A stretch of DNA of 63,243 nt, filler included. It is 6 parts of 6 records of this genome, joined end to end, with 100 filler letters (N's around TTAATTAATTAA, not from the genome) between each part and the next. Parts side by side here need not be neighbours in the genome. Positions count along the whole stretch, not along the records: positions 57,481 to 63,243 come from SRR31156797_2025; 5 more parts are not named here. One strand, written 5' to 3'. The notes beneath the pieces are model-generated. The model was not told the DNA's origin, ran no database searches, and saw nothing but the letters and a program-made list of their open reading frames with translations. Made by a program: the position numbers and the translations under genes. Within the stretch, counting starts at the first letter, position 1. Every line of letters starts with the position of its first letter. This document shows, piece by piece, positions 60,945-63,243 of the stretch.

Positions 60945-62639
60945 ATGAAGAAACTATTTTTTAAAGAAATTAACAGTGAATTTAATCCTGAGAAAGATAT
61001 AATAGTTGAACCCTATTGTTTAAAAAGTGAGGAAGACGAACTCCTTGATCATATAGAGCTAAAGTATTATCCTTATGATAAAGCTGAAAAAGAAATAATC
61101 TGCAAACAACTTTCAAAATATACAAAAAACCTCATCGAAAAAATTAGAGTGAAACTCAACCATGAGTATCAACTCAATTTTAGTTCAGAGTTTTATAAAA
61201 TTAATTTATATACTCACGTTTTTGGTCTAGTCACACTTTTGTATGATAAACAAGAGCGTCTAAAAAAGTTAATTAAAGACTTTAGTGATAAAAATATGAT
61301 TGTCCCTATTCATGCTAATCCAATTAATTGGATTTTTCATGATAATCAAGATTGGCTGAATAAGGCACAAAGAAATCCTTCATTTCACTACTATTTGTAT
61401 TCTAGAATTCTAATTGATAATTTACCTTCAAGATGGGAAATTATAGACGAACCTATTGATACCAGTAAAATTTTTGAAAGCCCAAGAGTTAAAAAACAAA
61501 AGTTCTTTACAAAACTTTTTAACTGGTTTTTTCCCACATATGATCTATCGTTCATAATGCCAGAATTTGACAATTTGTTAATTGCATCATTATTTAGTTT
61601 AAAAAGAACAAAATCGAAAAATAAAACAAAGTACAAGCTATATGAAGAGGTTGATGTTGATTGGATATTTAATTTCGAACAGGTATTAGAAGAATGCCTG
61701 TCAAGTACCTTTAATAAACTTATTACCGACCTTAAAACCAAGAAACTTTACAATAAGAAGAACAGATTTTTTATTGGCTCATCTTGTTTGAGTTTTAGAG
61801 ATAACTGGCAACTGAGAGCTGCGTGTGTTAAAGAAAACGGAGGTCTCATAATTGGGTGGCAGCACGGAGGATATTCATATGGCTTCTTTAATACACTAGG
61901 TCGTGTTTATGAGAATGAATTCTCTTCTTATAAATTCATTTCATGGGGATTTAATAAACAAAACAAGAAAAACGAAATATTTTTACCACTGCCCCAACCT
62001 ATCTTTAGTCAAAAATCTCATAAACATCAACAAAAAAACAATCAAATAATTTTATTAGGAACCCTGATGTATAAATGCTTTGATGAATTTGATTCTAGTC
62101 CTAATTTGACAGACTGGATTGAATATCGTCAAATGAAAAAAGTATTCATTCAAAGAATTATTGAAGACACCGAAGAAGATTTGATATATCGAAACTACCC
62201 GAACGAAAAAATTGGTCTATCCGACTCTAATTATTTAAAAAAAGCTATCCCTAATTTAACCTTTGATCATTCTTCCAGGGAAAAATTACATGAAAATATA
62301 CTTCAATGTAAACTTCTTATCTTAGACCATCCGGGAACAACATTAAGTTTTGCATTATCAGCTAATGTTCCAACAATTTGTTTTTGGAATAAAGAGCATT
62401 ATAATTTTTGTCCTGAAGCAGAAGCTTATTTCCAGATATTGGAAGAGGTAGGAATTTTATTTAGACATGGAGATATTATCTCGGATGTTACCCTAAAGAT
62501 TAAAACAATATCAAACGACATGCAGACATGGTGGTCTGGTACGGAAATTCAAAACGCAAGGGAAAAGTGGTGCGATAAGTATGCGCGAACTTCAAATAAT
62601 TGGCGTAAAGAATGGATTCGCGCAATAATAAACTTATGA
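60945..62639 (+). CDS. LIC12162-family putative transferase
   Basis: QHGG.YG, FISWG, D...TT....L.AN.PT..FW, L..VGI, WW...IQ.AR..W...YA. Confidence 0.7.
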   Translation: MKKLFFKEINSEFNPEKDIIVEPYCLKSEEDELLDHIELKYYPYDKAEKEIICKQLSKYTKNLIEKIRVKLNHEYQLNFSSEFYKINLYTHVFGLVTLLYDKQERLKKLIKDFSDKNMIVPIHANPINWIFHDNQDWLNKAQRNPSFHYYLYSRILIDNLPSRWEIIDEPIDTSKIFESPRVKKQKFFTKLFNWFFPTYDLSFIMPEFDNLLIASLFSLKRTKSKNKTKYKLYEEVDVDWIFNFEQVLEECLSSTFNKLITDLKTKKLYNKKNRFFIGSSCLSFRDNWQLRAACVKENGGLIIGWQHGGYSYGFFNTLGRVYENEFSSYKFISWGFNKQNKKNEIFLPLPQPIFSQKSHKHQQKNNQIILLGTLMYKCFDEFDSSPNLTDWIEYRQMKKVFIQRIIEDTEEDLIYRNYPNEKIGLSDSNYLKKAIPNLTFDHSSREKLHENILQCKLLILDHPGTTLSFALSANVPTICFWNKEHYNFCPEAEAYFQILEEVGILFRHGDIISDVTLKIKTISNDMQTWWSGTEIQNAREKWCDKYARTSNNWRKEWIRAIINL

Positions 62640-62657
62640 AAGAACAGAAACTTACAA

Positions 62658-63242
62658 TTACATGTAGTCACTTTTTATCTTCTTAATAATATCTGCCGGC
62701 TTATACTCTGAGCTACCATCCGAATATGGTTCCATTATATTTCCTTCTGCCCATTCATTCCAAGCCTTAATGAATACTATATCAATATTGTTTAAACCTA
62801 TTTCCTCATCAATTATTTTAAATTGCTTTTCTAAAAATTCTGGAATATTCCCTTCAATCAAAAATCCTTTATTTTTATATCTGGGAGTATTATCCCAACC
62901 TGATAAAACGCATGGGAAATAACTGTTTTCCTTTTTGTTGTATTTTCTAATATTCTTTCTAAGAGCGTGTAAGAAAACCTGGTCTGAGAATTTTAGATAT
63001 TTTCGAATATAACCCTTGCGCTGCAAAGTACGAAGAATCATAAATTGCCATACTTTTGTGTTTGCCGGGGGTAACCCAACTTTAGAGAAAGAAAGATCTT
63101 TTAATTCATCCACAACCTGTCTTTCTGGAAATAACCAATAAAATCCTTCCCCAAAAGTTTTAATCGCTTCATTCTCGAGAATTCGAATATACTTAAAACA
63201 GCCAGGACCTTCCGGCCTATATACCTGTAATACAGGTTTCCC
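62658..63242 (-). CDS. WbsX / GH99-like glycan-active protein, 3' fragment
   Basis: Frame open to the window end (GKPVLQVYRP...); GWDNTPR and FIKAWNEWAEG. Confidence 0.85.
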   Translation of the reverse strand, partial: GKPVLQVYRPEGPGCFKYIRILENEAIKTFGEGFYWLFPERQVVDELKDLSFSKVGLPPANTKVWQFMILRTLQRKGYIRKYLKFSDQVFLHALRKNIRKYNKKENSYFPCVLSGWDNTPRYKNKGFLIEGNIPEFLEKQFKIIDEEIGLNNIDIVFIKAWNEWAEGNIMEPYSDGSSEYKPADIIKKIKSDYM

Positions 63243-63243
63243 T

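Overview
This window is not one locus. It is six contigs joined by five identical 100-nt artificial linkers (44 N + TTAATTAATTAA + 44 N), and taxon calls below come from protein style and promoter/RBS usage only. Contig 1 (1-18832) and contig 2 (18933-28735) look like Bacteroidota (Marinilabiliales-like). They carry tex, a DEAD-box helicase, rlmI, recQ, guaB, a parvulin/SurA cluster, an OstA-like gene, a T9SS-secreted GH43, comEC, trkAH and a Sua5/YrdC gene. Contig 3 (28836-37189) is Bacteroidota: the 3' end of dnaB, an exported GATase-fold protein and a SusC/SusD/lipoprotein unit. Contig 4 (37290-45601) is a very AT-rich diderm, probably Fusobacteriota. Contig 5 (45702-57380) is Desulfovibrionaceae-like, with Csd4/Csd6-like peptidoglycan genes, purB and echABC'. 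Contig 6 (57481-63243) is a Bacteroidota surface-glycan locus with KDN-type nonulosonic acid genes. The best candidate for an undescribed system is in contig 4. It is an operon of (i) an LPP20-like lipoprotein fused to an outer-membrane beta-barrel, (ii) a cadherin-repeat lipoprotein ending in WDQFNWDEAVWQ and (iii) a secreted protein starting with a phage-fibre-like FSANTPAKATEVNENF motif. It follows a long structured leader and an ~11-bp repeat array, and is divergent from an atypical response regulator with a pseudo-cyclase domain. Also notable are two independent degenerate 21-bp-period intergenic arrays, a Rep_3 initiator-like gene with no plasmid context, and an unannotated 37-aa basic protein.
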